46,608 bases of DNA, from contig JACPHV010000030.1 of assembly GCA_016188385.1 (NCBI GenBank), positions 1 through 46,608 on the forward strand. The letters run 5' to 3'. Shown in pieces: positions 28,474 through 39,498 of the stretch. This DNA is from Candidatus Uhrbacteria bacterium. Lineage in GTDB: Bacteria > Patescibacteriota > Patescibacteriia > JACQRZ01. Position 1 is the stretch's first letter. The number at the start of each line of letters is the position of its first letter. Below the pieces are notes generated by a model that was not told the origin of the DNA, did no database searches, and saw only the letters and a program-made list of their open reading frames with translations. The translations under genes were made by a program, and so were the position numbers.

Positions 28474-30417
28474 ATGTTGCCGAATGTGGTTATCGGGATC
28501 ATCTCCCAAATCAACTGGGGTGACCCGCTCGCCAGCCGTGTCGGCCTTCTTGATCTTGCTTTTTATGAACTTTCCCGCAAGCAGGCTCACACGAAAGCGA
28601 TGGTGATCGCGGGCGGCCTCATCTCGTGGCGGTACCACAAACCGCTCTACCAGCGGCTCAAGGACGATGACGAGCGATACGAGTACTGTTCGCGCCTCGC
28701 GGACGAACTCTCACGTATCATTCCAAGTATCGAAAATGGCAAAGTCTATCTCATGACCTCGCCAGCTCCGAATCTGGACGGACCGATCGGAGAACTCGTT
28801 GCAACGCTTCTTACCGACATTCGACGCGACATCCGCTACTATCCGCAGCAATGTGAGCGCATACCGTTTGACGGGATGAAAGACCCCAATCGGCTTGCGA
28901 TTCTCGTCTGTTCCAAGACGCTTTTTTCTTCCGACTTTCAGTCAACTCCGGTAGACAACGTCCTGAAACAGGAGCTCAAACGTTCGTCGCAAAAACGTGC
29001 AAAATTTTACGCCGTCGCCGGTCTGGGGGTGTACGTCCACAAGCCGCCGGATACGAAACCGGAATACATCGGCGTACCGGCTCTGCACCGACTGCAAACG
29101 GTGACGACCGAGAACCAGGTTGGAGTTGTGCTGCTTGATGTGACGGATGAGACGATCATCCCGACAATGGTCTCGTTCAAAGACCAGATCAGCCAGGAAC
29201 GATCGTACGTGTCGCTCCCCGCGGGACTGCCGCCTTTGAGCCGCAGCATCTATGCGAAACTCAAAGAAGGCTCTTTCCCGCTCGGCCAGCTTGCCGATTT
29301 GTTGGGTGAAGAAAAAGAAACCGTCCTTGAGACGGTACAATCGCTCACCCAAAGACAGTGGCAAAAATACCCGCAGATCCGTTTTGATATTTCATCGAGG
29401 CGCGTGGATTTCGAACCCCGATGGCTCCAATATCAACTACGGTATCCGGTGATTCCGACAGATACTGTGTCAACGACGTTCGTTGTGCTCGCATGCCTGC
29501 ATGCCGGCTCCAAGGAGCTCGAGTACGACTTCGTGCTTGAACGGCTCGCGCAGACCATCATCGAAAGCAACGCTGACGCGCTTGCCGCAGTGGGTGACCT
29601 TATCCAGGGATTGAAGCACGATTTGGAACATCGCGGTGAAGTGGTCGAAGGTACTCTGTATTCCGACCATGAAGAAATGGCTGCGATCCTGCTCTCACGC
29701 GTGCTTGGGAGTGTTTTCCAACATCGTCTTGAACGAGTTCTGGCTCGGCACGGTGCCAAAAAACGCTACTCCAAGCGTGAAATCTGCGAACTTCTGCGTT
29801 CGTGTATGCTTCCTTTTTATTACGCGGAAGGCAATCACGACCAGTGGGTAGTGGATATCGGATTTCGTACGCTCGCGCATTTCTCGCTCAAGCTGCGCAC
29901 CGAGCTTCACACGCTCACCGAGCAGATTCTTTCCGCGCACCGCTTGCCCTGCGTCTGCAAATCGGAATTCGCGAACATCCTTGAGGAAAAAATCATCGCA
30001 ACGCATCCGCTCGGTTGGCGGGCGCAGATGCCGGAAAACCTGAAAGCGGGTTTCGCTCATCCCCACAAAGGATCCACGAAGACAAAGACTGCCCGCCTCG
30101 AGGAAGTAATGTCCGAAACGCTCAACGACTGCAATGTCGTGTTCGTCGGCAACTTCCATGCGGCGTGCGCCACGGTTATGTGGAATCCGGAGCAAGGCCT
30201 GCGTGTCGGCTTCCAACTTTCGACGATGCTGAATAAGACCCAATTCGAGGAAAACAAGTCGAAAAAGGTCTTTCGTAATTTCGGCGTGGTGAAAATGGAA
30301 TCCGATAACGGACGGATATTCAGGTACTCTACGCGGTTTGTGGAAGGACCGCGCACTACGGACGAAAAGCAGAGCCGTTACTTAAAAGAATTGAAAGAAC
30401 GGTTTGGGAAATACTAG
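28474..30417 (+). CDS. Calcineurin-like metallophosphoesterase with an N-terminal degenerate MPE-like domain and a central winged-HTH-like segment
   Basis: GGAGGAGG RBS before ATG 28474. C-terminal motifs ACLHAG, VGDL, EGNHD, AHPH, GNFH; N-terminal GIISQINWG and AGGL; central SIYAKLKEGSFPLGQLADLLGEEKETVLETVQSL. Confidence 0.75.
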   Translation: MLPNVVIGIISQINWGDPLASRVGLLDLAFYELSRKQAHTKAMVIAGGLISWRYHKPLYQRLKDDDERYEYCSRLADELSRIIPSIENGKVYLMTSPAPNLDGPIGELVATLLTDIRRDIRYYPQQCERIPFDGMKDPNRLAILVCSKTLFSSDFQSTPVDNVLKQELKRSSQKRAKFYAVAGLGVYVHKPPDTKPEYIGVPALHRLQTVTTENQVGVVLLDVTDETIIPTMVSFKDQISQERSYVSLPAGLPPLSRSIYAKLKEGSFPLGQLADLLGEEKETVLETVQSLTQRQWQKYPQIRFDISSRRVDFEPRWLQYQLRYPVIPTDTVSTTFVVLACLHAGSKELEYDFVLERLAQTIIESNADALAAVGDLIQGLKHDLEHRGEVVEGTLYSDHEEMAAILLSRVLGSVFQHRLERVLARHGAKKRYSKREICELLRSCMLPFYYAEGNHDQWVVDIGFRTLAHFSLKLRTELHTLTEQILSAHRLPCVCKSEFANILEEKIIATHPLGWRAQMPENLKAGFAHPHKGSTKTKTARLEEVMSETLNDCNVVFVGNFHAACATVMWNPEQGLRVGFQLSTMLNKTQFEENKSKKVFRNFGVVKMESDNGRIFRYSTRFVEGPRTTDEKQSRYLKELKERFGKY

Positions 30418-30466
30418 TACCACTTTCATGCTACTGACATTTGATCACCATGTTCTCCCTTTTCTT

Positions 30467-30536
30467 GAGGAACCGCTGGTAAGCCGCAAATCTTACCCGC
30501 GGTTCCTCTGACCCCCTCCGCGCTTGTTGGGGGGGG
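30467..30536. terminator. Two hairpins between convergent genes; probable terminator region
   Basis: GAGGAACCGC-T-GGTAAG...CTTACC-C-GCGGTTCCTC, then a C5...G8 hairpin followed by AATTTTTATT. Confidence 0.5.
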
Positions 30537-30541
30537 AATTT

Positions 30542-33361
30542 TTATTGCAACACATGCTTCAAAAATTGTCCCGTATGACTTTCTTTCGCCTTCGAGACCT
30601 GTTCCGGCGTCCCTGAAACGATTACGCTTCCTCCGCCGCTCCCACCCTCCGGACCGAGATCAATGATATGATCGGCTGTCTTGATAACGTCGAGATTATG
30701 TTCGATAATCAGTACCGTATTTCCTTTATCCACAAGACGATTAAGTACGGACAGCAACTTCTTTATATCTTCAAAGTGAAGGCCCGTTGTCGGTTCGTCC
30801 AAAATATAAAGCGTCCTTCCCGTATCGCGGCGCGAGAGTTCTCCCGCCAGTTTGATGCGTTGCGCTTCACCGCCGGAGAGCGTTGTTGCTGATTGCCCAA
30901 GCTGAATATAGCCCAACCCGACATCAAACAACGTCTGCAGCTTGCCCTGTATCCGTGGAATCGCGCGAAAAAATTGAAGCGCTTCTTCAACGGTCATGGA
31001 AAGCACATCAGCGATTGTTTTTTCTTTATACATGATAGAAAGAGTTTCTTCGTCGTAGCGTTTCCCATTGCACACTTCACAGGGAATATATACATCCGGC
31101 AAAAAATGCATCTCGATTTTAATCACCCCGTCGCCCTGGCAATTGCCGCAGCGCCCCTCTTCCACGTTAAAACTAAACCGCCCTGGCGCATAGCCGCGCA
31201 TTTTTGATTCTTTTGTTGATGAAAACAGCTCTCTGATATAGGTAAAGACACCGGTATAGGTAGCGGGATTCGAGCGTGGGGTGCGACCGATCGGATTTTG
31301 ATCGATGATAATCACCTTATCAAGGTACGAGGTCCCTTCGATCTTTTGGTAGCGGGGTGATGCTTGCGTGTATATGCCGAGCCGTTGCGCGAGTATCGGA
31401 AATAACGTCTCGGCAACCAGTGTGCTTTTCCCGCTGCCTGACACTCCTGTCACGCAACAAAATACGCTCAACGGAAAAGAAACATCGATTGATTTGAGAT
31501 TGTGCTCATTGGCGCCGATTAGAGTGATGCTCCCTCGCGGATTCCGCCTCCTGCTCGGGACCGGTATTGATTCTTTGCCGCTTAAATAACGGCCTGTCAG
31601 CGATACGCGGCTGCGGATGATCTCGGCGGGTGTTCCCTGTGCCACTATTTCGCCCCCATGGATGCCGGCTCCCGGACCGATATCAAGAACGTAATCAGCA
31701 GCGCGGATCGTATCCTCATCATGTTCGACGACAATTACCGTATTGCCGATATCGCGCAGATGTTTCAGCGTGGCAAGCAACCGCGCGTTGTCTCGCTGAT
31801 GCAATCCTATTGACGGTTCATCGAGTATATAGAGCACGCCGCGCAATTCGGAACCAATCTGTGTCGCAAGATTAATCCGCTGCGCTTCTCCGCCCGAAAG
31901 CGTGCCTGCTCGCCGAGAAAGAGTCAGATATTCCAAACCGACATTCAGCAAAAATGAAACGCGTGCGACAATTTCCTTAATAATCTGGCTTCCGATCTTG
32001 CCGCGCGTGTCGGACAATTTCAATTCCGAGAAAAATGCCGATACATCTCGTATGGATAAATCCGTCACGTCAATGATAGATTTGTCTTGAATCGTGACTG
32101 CAAGACTTTCTTTGCGAAGACGTTTTCCAAAACATGCCGCGCAGGGCTTTTCTCTCATGAATTGCGCGATATCGAAGCGCCGATCTTCAGACTGTGTCTG
32201 GTGGTAGTAACGTTTGAGTTGCGGAATAACGCCCTCATATCCGCTTTCCGCATCCCCGTGGAGCAAGAGCTTTTGCACGTCTGACGGCAGGTCTTGAAAA
32301 GGAACAATGAGTGAAAAACGAGCTTCGCGCGAAAGCGTCTCCAGCGTGGAGTGGCGCACCCAAGCGATGGAACGCATCCACGGCACGATCGCTCCATCTC
32401 GAATAGACAATGCGCGGTTCGGTACCACAAGTTCTTCATCGAATTCCTGGATTACTCCTAATCCATGGCAGTCAGGACACGCGCCCTGCGGCGCGTTAAA
32501 TGAAAACATACGCGGCTGAAGTTCGTCAAAATTTATGCCGCAATCAACACAAGCAAGATGCTTGGAAAATAATTTTTCTTCATACGGCTTTGCGCCATCT
32601 TTTTTCACATCATGTGCCGTGCGTTTTTTCTCGATAAGCGCGATGGCAAGACCGTTCCCGCGCGCAAGCGCTTTTTCCACTGCTTCATGAAGGCGGCTCT
32701 TTTCGTCAACGCGAGCTTCAACGCGATCAATGAGCACGTCGATGGTGTGCTTCTGGTATCGTTTGAGTAAGATTGACTCCGTGCCAAGATTAAAAAAAAC
32801 ACCATCAACGCGTACGCGAGTAAATCCTTGGCGCTTCAGATCGGGAAAGACATAATCGTACGTGCCTTTCCGATCGCGCACGAGCGGCGCAAGGATATTC
32901 AGGCGTGATCCTGCGTGATCCGCGAGAATTTGTTTTGCGATTGACTGCGCGTCCTGATTTACGATTATCTGCCCGCATTGGGGGCAATGCGGTATTCCGA
33001 TCCGGGCAAACAACAAACGAAGATAATCATATATTTCGGTGACAGTGCCGACAGTGGATCGTGGATTTTGCGATAATTTTTTTTGCTGGATTGCGATCGC
33101 GGGACTCAATCCTTTGATGGAATCAACATCCGGTTTATGCATGACTCCTAAAAATTGCCGAGCATACGCGGAGAGCGATTCCACGTATCGCCGCTGACCC
33201 TCGGCATAAATCGTGTCAAAAGCAAGACTGCTCTTACCGCTTCCGGACAGTCCGGTAATCACGGTCAAAGAATTGATGGGAATAGCAGCATCAATATTTT
33301 TCAGATTGTGCTGACGCGCTCCCTTGATAAGGATCGCTTCGTTTTGGTCATTTGCTTTCAT
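30542..33361 (-). CDS. uvrA: Excinuclease ABC subunit A
   Basis: [17 protein letters not shown], zinc fingers, LSGGEAQRI (twice), GVSGSGKS; start placed at MKANDQ. Confidence 0.98.
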   Translation of the reverse strand: MKANDQNEAILIKGARQHNLKNIDAAIPINSLTVITGLSGSGKSSLAFDTIYAEGQRRYVESLSAYARQFLGVMHKPDVDSIKGLSPAIAIQQKKLSQNPRSTVGTVTEIYDYLRLLFARIGIPHCPQCGQIIVNQDAQSIAKQILADHAGSRLNILAPLVRDRKGTYDYVFPDLKRQGFTRVRVDGVFFNLGTESILLKRYQKHTIDVLIDRVEARVDEKSRLHEAVEKALARGNGLAIALIEKKRTAHDVKKDGAKPYEEKLFSKHLACVDCGINFDELQPRMFSFNAPQGACPDCHGLGVIQEFDEELVVPNRALSIRDGAIVPWMRSIAWVRHSTLETLSREARFSLIVPFQDLPSDVQKLLLHGDAESGYEGVIPQLKRYYHQTQSEDRRFDIAQFMREKPCAACFGKRLRKESLAVTIQDKSIIDVTDLSIRDVSAFFSELKLSDTRGKIGSQIIKEIVARVSFLLNVGLEYLTLSRRAGTLSGGEAQRINLATQIGSELRGVLYILDEPSIGLHQRDNARLLATLKHLRDIGNTVIVVEHDEDTIRAADYVLDIGPGAGIHGGEIVAQGTPAEIIRSRVSLTGRYLSGKESIPVPSRRRNPRGSITLIGANEHNLKSIDVSFPLSVFCCVTGVSGSGKSTLVAETLFPILAQRLGIYTQASPRYQKIEGTSYLDKVIIIDQNPIGRTPRSNPATYTGVFTYIRELFSSTKESKMRGYAPGRFSFNVEEGRCGNCQGDGVIKIEMHFLPDVYIPCEVCNGKRYDEETLSIMYKEKTIADVLSMTVEEALQFFRAIPRIQGKLQTLFDVGLGYIQLGQSATTLSGGEAQRIKLAGELSRRDTGRTLYILDEPTTGLHFEDIKKLLSVLNRLVDKGNTVLIIEHNLDVIKTADHIIDLGPEGGSGGGSVIVSGTPEQVSKAKESHTGQFLKHVLQ

Positions 33362-33364
33362 TGG

Positions 33365-33397
33365 AAAAAGAGAAGGGGCAACGCACTGGCGCGCCCC
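33365..33397 (-). terminator. Intrinsic terminator after the lipoprotein gene
   Basis: Minus strand reads GGGGCGCGC-CAGT-GCGTTGCCCC followed by TTCTCTTTTT. Confidence 0.55.
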
Positions 33398-33439
33398 GAT
33401 AATTTCGTCTACGTCGAACTTTGGATTGGCCACTATTTC

Positions 33440-34735
33440 CTATGGCTTCTCCTTCGGTTCGGGTGGCGAATCGATGATGAGATCGAGCGGAAAGCGAAAT
33501 GTGTCTAGCCAGCAATCGACACCGTTATCGCGCTCCACCCTCCCATACCGGACTGTATCGCAAGAATAGCGCCCTGCCGCTCGGATGGCATAGACTGTAT
33601 CCTGCTTTATGATCCAGGATACGATCCTTGTCTCGGCTAAGCTGTTTCGATGCAGGTACCATAACCTTTGTTTTGTCCCCACATAAAGTTTCTTACCTTG
33701 CGAAGTCTCTCGGACTGCACCCCACCAAAATGTTGGGGTATACCTTTCGCCGTCAGCCCACCCACCGATGAGAAGAACCCCCTTTTTTTCATCGTAGGCT
33801 AGGCGCTGATTGAACTCGTCACCCCCGTCACTCCCAGAATTCTGGGTGATGTCAAGCGGATATGTTGCCTTGACTATGTCGCTTACCATTTTAATTGGAA
33901 CCTCGGGGGCGACCTCGATTTCTATACCATCGAATACTCCCTGCGGTGGGATAAGGCGACGTTCGGATTTCATCTTGCTAAAATCCCATGCCTTGATTCC
34001 TCCATTTATGTGCCGCGGAAGTCCGATGTAGCCTGCGACGGTATTCATAACGTAGGGCCCGACTTCTCGTGCCGGACCGGGCTTGTGAAACGAAAGATTC
34101 CCGTCGCGTTCCACAAACGTACCGCCAAATCCCCAGTCAGGATATCCCCAAGCGGGACGGCCATCTATGCCGATGTTTTTTTTCAACGGATAGAAATTGC
34201 CTCCCGTGAATCCATACTCATCAGGATCAAGTCGGGCAAGCTCGAAGACGATGTCGCCCGTCTCTTCGTCTTTTGCCATGCCTGTCACCAGGTTCTCGGC
34301 ATTCCACGAAGAGTAATAAAGTTTGACACCGTGTTCGCTCCACGCCTGGAGCTTCTCAATTCCCTTCGGGGTGAGATACTTCCATGTGAAGTTATTGTAA
34401 GGTGCCCACAACGGCCGTGGTGTCGGAGTCGAAGTCGGCTCCGCGGTAGGGGTTGAACTCGGATTCGAGGTCGGAGAAGGGATCGGGGTCGGGCGCAAAT
34501 CCTGGCCATCAGGCACTATGACTACCGTACCCGTCGGAGATGCTGACGGATCCACGCCACCAGGCGCGGACGTTGCCGTCGTACCAGACGACGGATCCAC
34601 TCCACCGGGCGCGGACGTTGCCGCAGAAGTCGACACCACCGCCCCCTGCTCCTGGAATATATTCTTTACCGCGTTGCAGCCCCACAAGGCTGCGCTCATC
34701 ATGGCAGCCGCAAGACTGCCTATGACTCGTTTCAT
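33440..34735 (-). CDS. Putative lipoprotein with a Pro/Thr/Ser-rich linker
   Basis: MKR, hydrophobic core, LWG|C lipobox; AAGGAG RBS; PTPIPSPTSNPSSTPTAEPTSTPTP linker. Confidence 0.75.
   Translation of the reverse strand: MKRVIGSLAAAMMSAALWGCNAVKNIFQEQGAVVSTSAATSAPGGVDPSSGTTATSAPGGVDPSASPTGTVVIVPDGQDLRPTPIPSPTSNPSSTPTAEPTSTPTPRPLWAPYNNFTWKYLTPKGIEKLQAWSEHGVKLYYSSWNAENLVTGMAKDEETGDIVFELARLDPDEYGFTGGNFYPLKKNIGIDGRPAWGYPDWGFGGTFVERDGNLSFHKPGPAREVGPYVMNTVAGYIGLPRHINGGIKAWDFSKMKSERRLIPPQGVFDGIEIEVAPEVPIKMVSDIVKATYPLDITQNSGSDGGDEFNQRLAYDEKKGVLLIGGWADGERYTPTFWWGAVRETSQGKKLYVGTKQRLWYLHRNSLAETRIVSWIIKQDTVYAIRAAGRYSCDTVRYGRVERDNGVDCWLDTFRFPLDLIIDSPPEPKEKP
34545..34623. repeat. Two 34-bp direct repeats at 45-bp period (ATSAPGGVDPS twice)
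   Basis: GACGGATCCACGCCACCAGGCGCGGACGTTGCCG (34545) and GACGGATCCACTCCACCGGGCGCGGACGTTGCCG (34590). Confidence 0.9.
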
Positions 34736-34933
34736 TATCTACCTGCTCCTTTCGTTTCTGTGTCGCGACCGAAATGCTATTACTCAAAACACAGAGTATA
34801 CGCACATCCGTCGCGGCACAGAACATACTCTCATCATTGATCCGATTTCTCAAAGAACGATTGCTAGACATGATACTCACGAATGAAGAGAAAAGCAATA
34901 GAGGCGTACTCACAAAAAATGGCCAATCGCTTT

Positions 34934-36718
34934 TTAGCGCAGGAATCCTCCGGATTGCAACGACCAGAGACGCGCGTATAATGTTCCGCTTTGCGCCGAT
35001 AATTCCTCATGCGTACCTTCCTGAACGATGTTCCCCTGTTCTAATACAAAGATATGGTCCATTTTTCGTATCGTTGAAAGGCGGTGCGCTATCGCAATGG
35101 TCGTTTTCCCTTTCATAAGATGTTCCAACGAATCTTGAATATAACTTTCCGACTCCGAATCCAGGCTCGAGGTAGCTTCATCCAATATCAAAATCGGGGC
35201 ATTCTTCAAGATAACGCGCGCGATGGCGACACGTTGTTTTTCCCCTCCGGAAAGTTTTACTCCCCGCTCCCCGACCAGGGTTTCATATCTGTGCGGCAGA
35301 GCATTGATGAATTCTTCGCAATGCGCGAGCTTGGAGGCTGAATACACAGCTTCAACCGGAGCATCAGGATTGCCATATCGGATATTTTCAAACAATGATC
35401 GATGAAACAAGATCGGATCTTGCGGCACGTACGCGATAATACCGCGGAGGCTTGCCAGGGTAATGGAACGGATATCGTGATCGTCAATGGTAATAAACCC
35501 CTCGTTGACATCACGGAGCCGCAGAAGCAATCGCACGAGAGTCGACTTTCCGCCGCCGGACGGACCCACGAACGCAACGCGCTGCCCTGCATCGATCTTC
35601 AGATTCAAATCCTGAAATACAGGACGATTGGCGATATAGCTAAAAGAAACATGTGCAAACCGTATCGCTCCGCGCGACGATCCCAGAGAAATCGCGTCGT
35701 GAGCGTCAATAATCGAAGGGCGGTGATTGATAATCTCAACCATTTCTTTCGCATCGGCGACGCTTTCCGCGATATCGCGTATCGTACGTGGAAATTCCCA
35801 GAGTTGCCGCTGCATCTGCATATAGTACGTAAACGTAAGCAAAAGTATGCCGAGTCCGATAACACCGCTGTACCATAGATGCGTGCCAACAAAGAATACC
35901 GCAAACAACACCCCGATAAAAAGCAATGCTTGCGCGCTATCGTTGAGTGTACTTAATAGCCATGAAACAACAGACGCTCTGCGCAAACGTTCCACTGCTA
36001 CGCCGAACCTCTTATGTTCGTATTCAAAGCCATGGAAAAGGCGGATCGTCTCGCTATTCGTGACAGCATCGGCGAGCACCGCTGTCGTATGCGTATCCTC
36101 CCACGATCTCCGGATATCATAGGTAAGCTTCCATTTAGAGAAAAGGATATTTACTGCGATGAGCGCTACGACAAATCCTGCTATCAGAGCCATAATCTGA
36201 ATTGAATGAAAGGCAAGTATGATGATAATGGAAGCAAGTCGCACCGCCGGCGCGAAGAAATGCCAATACGCTTTGTCATTCAGTTTTTGAAACGACGATG
36301 AAAGACGGTTCACCCTTTGAACCAAAGCTCCTGTAAAAGTATCGGTAAAAAATCCGTATGACTGCGGCATGAGCTTCGTGAATGCTGTTGTTCGCAACTC
36401 TGCCATCACGCGCGCGGTGAACATGCTATCAAAAATAGATGCTCCCCGATACGCGACATATTCCACCATATGCAGGGCAAAGACGATCCACACGGTCGAA
36501 AGTAAAACATCACGAGCTTCTTCTGTGCGCGGGGCAGACGCGAGAAAATCAAAATACTCCTTGTAATAGAGCGGGTAAATCGCGCTCAACACAACCGCGG
36601 ATCCCAAACTAATCAACATAGATGAAAGTAAAAGAGGGTGCCGGCATGAATGCCCCCAATACACGCGGAGGACGTCTCGAATTGTTGCTGGTTTAATATT
36701 CATGGTATAGATATTCAA
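34934..36718 (-). CDS. ABC exporter, fused TMD and NBD (MsbA/Atm1/MdlB-like)
   Basis: Hydrophobic N-terminal half; GPSGGGKST, LSGGEKQR, ILDEATS, AHRLST. Start may be a few codons downstream. Confidence 0.95.
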   Translation of the reverse strand: MNIYTMNIKPATIRDVLRVYWGHSCRHPLLLSSMLISLGSAVVLSAIYPLYYKEYFDFLASAPRTEEARDVLLSTVWIVFALHMVEYVAYRGASIFDSMFTARVMAELRTTAFTKLMPQSYGFFTDTFTGALVQRVNRLSSSFQKLNDKAYWHFFAPAVRLASIIIILAFHSIQIMALIAGFVVALIAVNILFSKWKLTYDIRRSWEDTHTTAVLADAVTNSETIRLFHGFEYEHKRFGVAVERLRRASVVSWLLSTLNDSAQALLFIGVLFAVFFVGTHLWYSGVIGLGILLLTFTYYMQMQRQLWEFPRTIRDIAESVADAKEMVEIINHRPSIIDAHDAISLGSSRGAIRFAHVSFSYIANRPVFQDLNLKIDAGQRVAFVGPSGGGKSTLVRLLLRLRDVNEGFITIDDHDIRSITLASLRGIIAYVPQDPILFHRSLFENIRYGNPDAPVEAVYSASKLAHCEEFINALPHRYETLVGERGVKLSGGEKQRVAIARVILKNAPILILDEATSSLDSESESYIQDSLEHLMKGKTTIAIAHRLSTIRKMDHIFVLEQGNIVQEGTHEELSAQSGTLYARLWSLQSGGFLR

Positions 36719-36726
36719 TCGTGAAA

Positions 36727-38676
36727 TTATGTTCGAGACTTCCGAGTTCTTTTTTCAACAATAGTACGTATCGCGTCACGAAGCAAAATCGCTTTTTCAA
36801 AATCCAGACGCTCAACAGCCGCGCGCATCTCCTCTTGCAGCGCGACGAGATTCTTTCGCGCGTCAGATTTCACCGACTCCACGATTTCTCCCGGCAAAAA
36901 GGATGTTTCCACTTTTTTCTTGATACTTGCGGGAGTAATGCCATACTCCTTGTTATATTGTATCTGGATCGCTCGGCGCCTCTCGGTCTCCTCGATCGCT
37001 TTTTTCAATGACCCTGTCATGGTATCCGCGTACATCACCACGCGCCCATCCGCATGACGCGACGCGCGCCCGATCGTCTGTATCAAACTTGTCGCATTCC
37101 GCAAAAACCCTTCTTTGTCCGCATCCAATATCGCAACAAGCTCTACCTCCGGTATATCAAGACCTTCACGCAATAAGTTAATACCGACCAAGACATCATA
37201 CACGCCGAGCCGAAGATCTTTGATCAATGCCGCGCGGTCGATGGTATCAATCTCACTGTGCAGATAACGCGCTTTCACGTCATGCTCGGTAAGATATTCA
37301 GAAAGCTCTTCGGCGGAACGCTTCGTCAACGTGGTTACAAGCACGCGACTTCCCTTTCGTACTGTTACCGCTATTTCAGAACACAGGTCGGCAATGTACC
37401 CTTTGATCGGTCTTACCGTGACAGTCGGATCCAATAAGCCCGTAGGGCGAACAACCTGTTCGACTACTTGGCCGCTGCTTTGGGTCTCATACGAATCCGG
37501 CGTCGCGCTCACGAATATCGTATGATCGAGATAGGATTCAAATTCCGGGAATGTCAGCGGACGATTATCATACGCGGAAGGAAGGCGAAAACCATAATCC
37601 ACGAGATTCCTTTTTCGCGCATAATCGCCGCGGTGCATACCCTGTATTTGCGGGATGGTGGCATGACTCTCATCTATGCAAATCAAAAATTCCTTGGAAA
37701 AAGGATTGGAACGAAAAAAATCAAGCAAACAAAAAGGCGGTTTACCCATCGGACGTCCGTCAAAGTGCCGGGAATAATTTTCGATACCCTTGCAGTATCC
37801 AAGCTGTTCAATCATCTCTAAATCGTACTGCGTCCTCTGCTCCAAACGATGCGCCTCCAGCATTCCGAGTTGCGGCAAACGCGTACGGAGTTCCTCACGA
37901 ATTGACGAAATTGCCGATTTCCGCTTTTCCTCGGGAGCCACAAACGGCTTTGCGGGATAGATATGCGCGATCTGTGTTTTTGATGTTTCATCGAGTGAAA
38001 TCGGATCTAACAACGCGATTGACTCAACTTCATCGTCAAAAAATTCAAAACGATATATGTCGCCGCCAAATCCCTGCATGACATCTACCGTATCGCCGCG
38101 AACGCGAAAGCGTCCCGCGCGAAGTTCGGTATCATTGCGCTCATATAACGCGTCAACAAGTTTGGAAAGAAATGCGTGGCGTCCGATACGGTCTGCCTGC
38201 GATATGGTAATCTTGCTTTCCATAAAATCATGCGGACTTCCGAGACCATAGATACATGATACCGAAGCGATCACAATGACATCGGGACGGCTTACGAGAG
38301 AGGCCGCGGCTTCCATCCGCAACTGTTCGATTCTCTCGTTGATTTGAGTCTCTTTTTCTATGTAGGTATCGGTCTGTGGAAGATAGCTTTCCGGAAGATA
38401 ATAATCATAGTAGGAAACGAAATAGCATACTTTATTTTTAGGAAAAAAATTGCGGAACTCCGTGTAGAGTTGTGCCGCAAGCGTTTTATTATGCGCAATA
38501 ACGATAGTGGGTATCTGCAGCTGCTCGATCACGCAAGACAGTGTGTATGTTTTACCGGAACCGGTAATTCCGAGAAGTGTTTGCCGATCAAAGCGATGAA
38601 AGCCATCCGTTAACGATCGGATGGCTTTCGGCTGATCCCCCGCCGGTTTGAATTGAGAAACGAGTTTGAATTTCAT
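36727..38676 (-). CDS. uvrB: Excinuclease ABC subunit B
   Basis: PAGDQPKAI, GITGSGKT, YYDYYLPE, DESH, QTIGRASR, C-terminal UVR motif. Confidence 0.98.
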   Translation of the reverse strand: MKFKLVSQFKPAGDQPKAIRSLTDGFHRFDRQTLLGITGSGKTYTLSCVIEQLQIPTIVIAHNKTLAAQLYTEFRNFFPKNKVCYFVSYYDYYLPESYLPQTDTYIEKETQINERIEQLRMEAAASLVSRPDVIVIASVSCIYGLGSPHDFMESKITISQADRIGRHAFLSKLVDALYERNDTELRAGRFRVRGDTVDVMQGFGGDIYRFEFFDDEVESIALLDPISLDETSKTQIAHIYPAKPFVAPEEKRKSAISSIREELRTRLPQLGMLEAHRLEQRTQYDLEMIEQLGYCKGIENYSRHFDGRPMGKPPFCLLDFFRSNPFSKEFLICIDESHATIPQIQGMHRGDYARKRNLVDYGFRLPSAYDNRPLTFPEFESYLDHTIFVSATPDSYETQSSGQVVEQVVRPTGLLDPTVTVRPIKGYIADLCSEIAVTVRKGSRVLVTTLTKRSAEELSEYLTEHDVKARYLHSEIDTIDRAALIKDLRLGVYDVLVGINLLREGLDIPEVELVAILDADKEGFLRNATSLIQTIGRASRHADGRVVMYADTMTGSLKKAIEETERRRAIQIQYNKEYGITPASIKKKVETSFLPGEIVESVKSDARKNLVALQEEMRAAVERLDFEKAILLRDAIRTIVEKRTRKSRT

Positions 38677-38706
38677 TGATAATCGTTTTGACTACAATAC
38701 ACTACA

Positions 38707-39498
38707 CTATCTATGGCGCGAGTTCAATGGTTGGGCGATCGTCATGATATTCTTTCCATTCCACCAACGCGCGCGTACTCCGTCTCGAATGTAATATGAT
38801 CGTTTTATCGTATATCCGGCTTCATGGAGCAATGAACGCAATGCGCGGACCGTGTATGCGTGATAATAAAGGTGTCCTTTCACGCCTTCGCTTTTCCATT
38901 CCGTAATGATATCATTGATGCCAAGATCAAAATGGGAAATGCCATACTCCTTTTCCCATGGCAACAGCGCGAAAGATAACCTCCTGCTCAAACCGCTCCA
39001 TGCAGTCTTTGGCCCCTTGTCCAATCGCCAGAGATTCCAATTCTCCATGCAGAGCAAACCATTCGGCAAGAGAAATTGCCGCGCTCTCTTTAAGGCAGCA
39101 AGCGCTTGGCGGCGGCGGGGAATATGATGAAACGACGCGACCATGAATATCGCATGAAATTTTTTACCGCGCAATTCCTGAATATGGTCGAGGGAGAGAA
39201 TATCTCCAACGATAAATCGCGGCTCGAGCGGATGCGCGTGATATGCCGTTTCAGCTCGCGCGATGAGCGAACGGGAAGCATCGATCCCGACATACGCGAT
39301 GCTTTTGTGGGCTAGATAAGAAAAAAGCCGTCCGTTTCCGCAACCGATGTCAAGCACGCTATCACCTTCTTTGACAGACGAGTCAAACACGGTAAAATCA
39401 TTCCAGTGCTTCCGGCGTGTTCGATCAAATTGATCCGCGATCCGTTCGTACCCTTCGCGGGTCATGACGGTAAGCGCGTGAGCTGTATGCGGCTTCAT
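38707..39498 (-). CDS. Class I SAM methyltransferase, Trm9/ALKBH8-like (candidate tRNA cm5U34 methyltransferase)
   Basis: YERIADQFDRTRRKHW, VLDIGCGNGR, ASFHHIP, DIITEW, YYHAY. Confidence 0.8.
   Translation of the reverse strand: MKPHTAHALTVMTREGYERIADQFDRTRRKHWNDFTVFDSSVKEGDSVLDIGCGNGRLFSYLAHKSIAYVGIDASRSLIARAETAYHAHPLEPRFIVGDILSLDHIQELRGKKFHAIFMVASFHHIPRRRQALAALKRARQFLLPNGLLCMENWNLWRLDKGPKTAWSGLSRRLSFALLPWEKEYGISHFDLGINDIITEWKSEGVKGHLYYHAYTVRALRSLLHEAGYTIKRSYYIRDGVRARWWNGKNIMTIAQPLNSRHR

Noticed and set aside
26900-30540. Prophage or integrative element explaining the island
   Set aside because: No integrase, transposase, phage structural gene, adjacent tRNA or flanking direct repeats were visible.
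33362-33433. N-terminal extensions given by the ORF track for uvrA (also helicase, metG, dus, uvrC, elp3, xseB)
   Set aside because: The extensions overlap terminators, promoters or neighbouring genes and precede the conserved family N-termini, so downstream ATGs were chosen.
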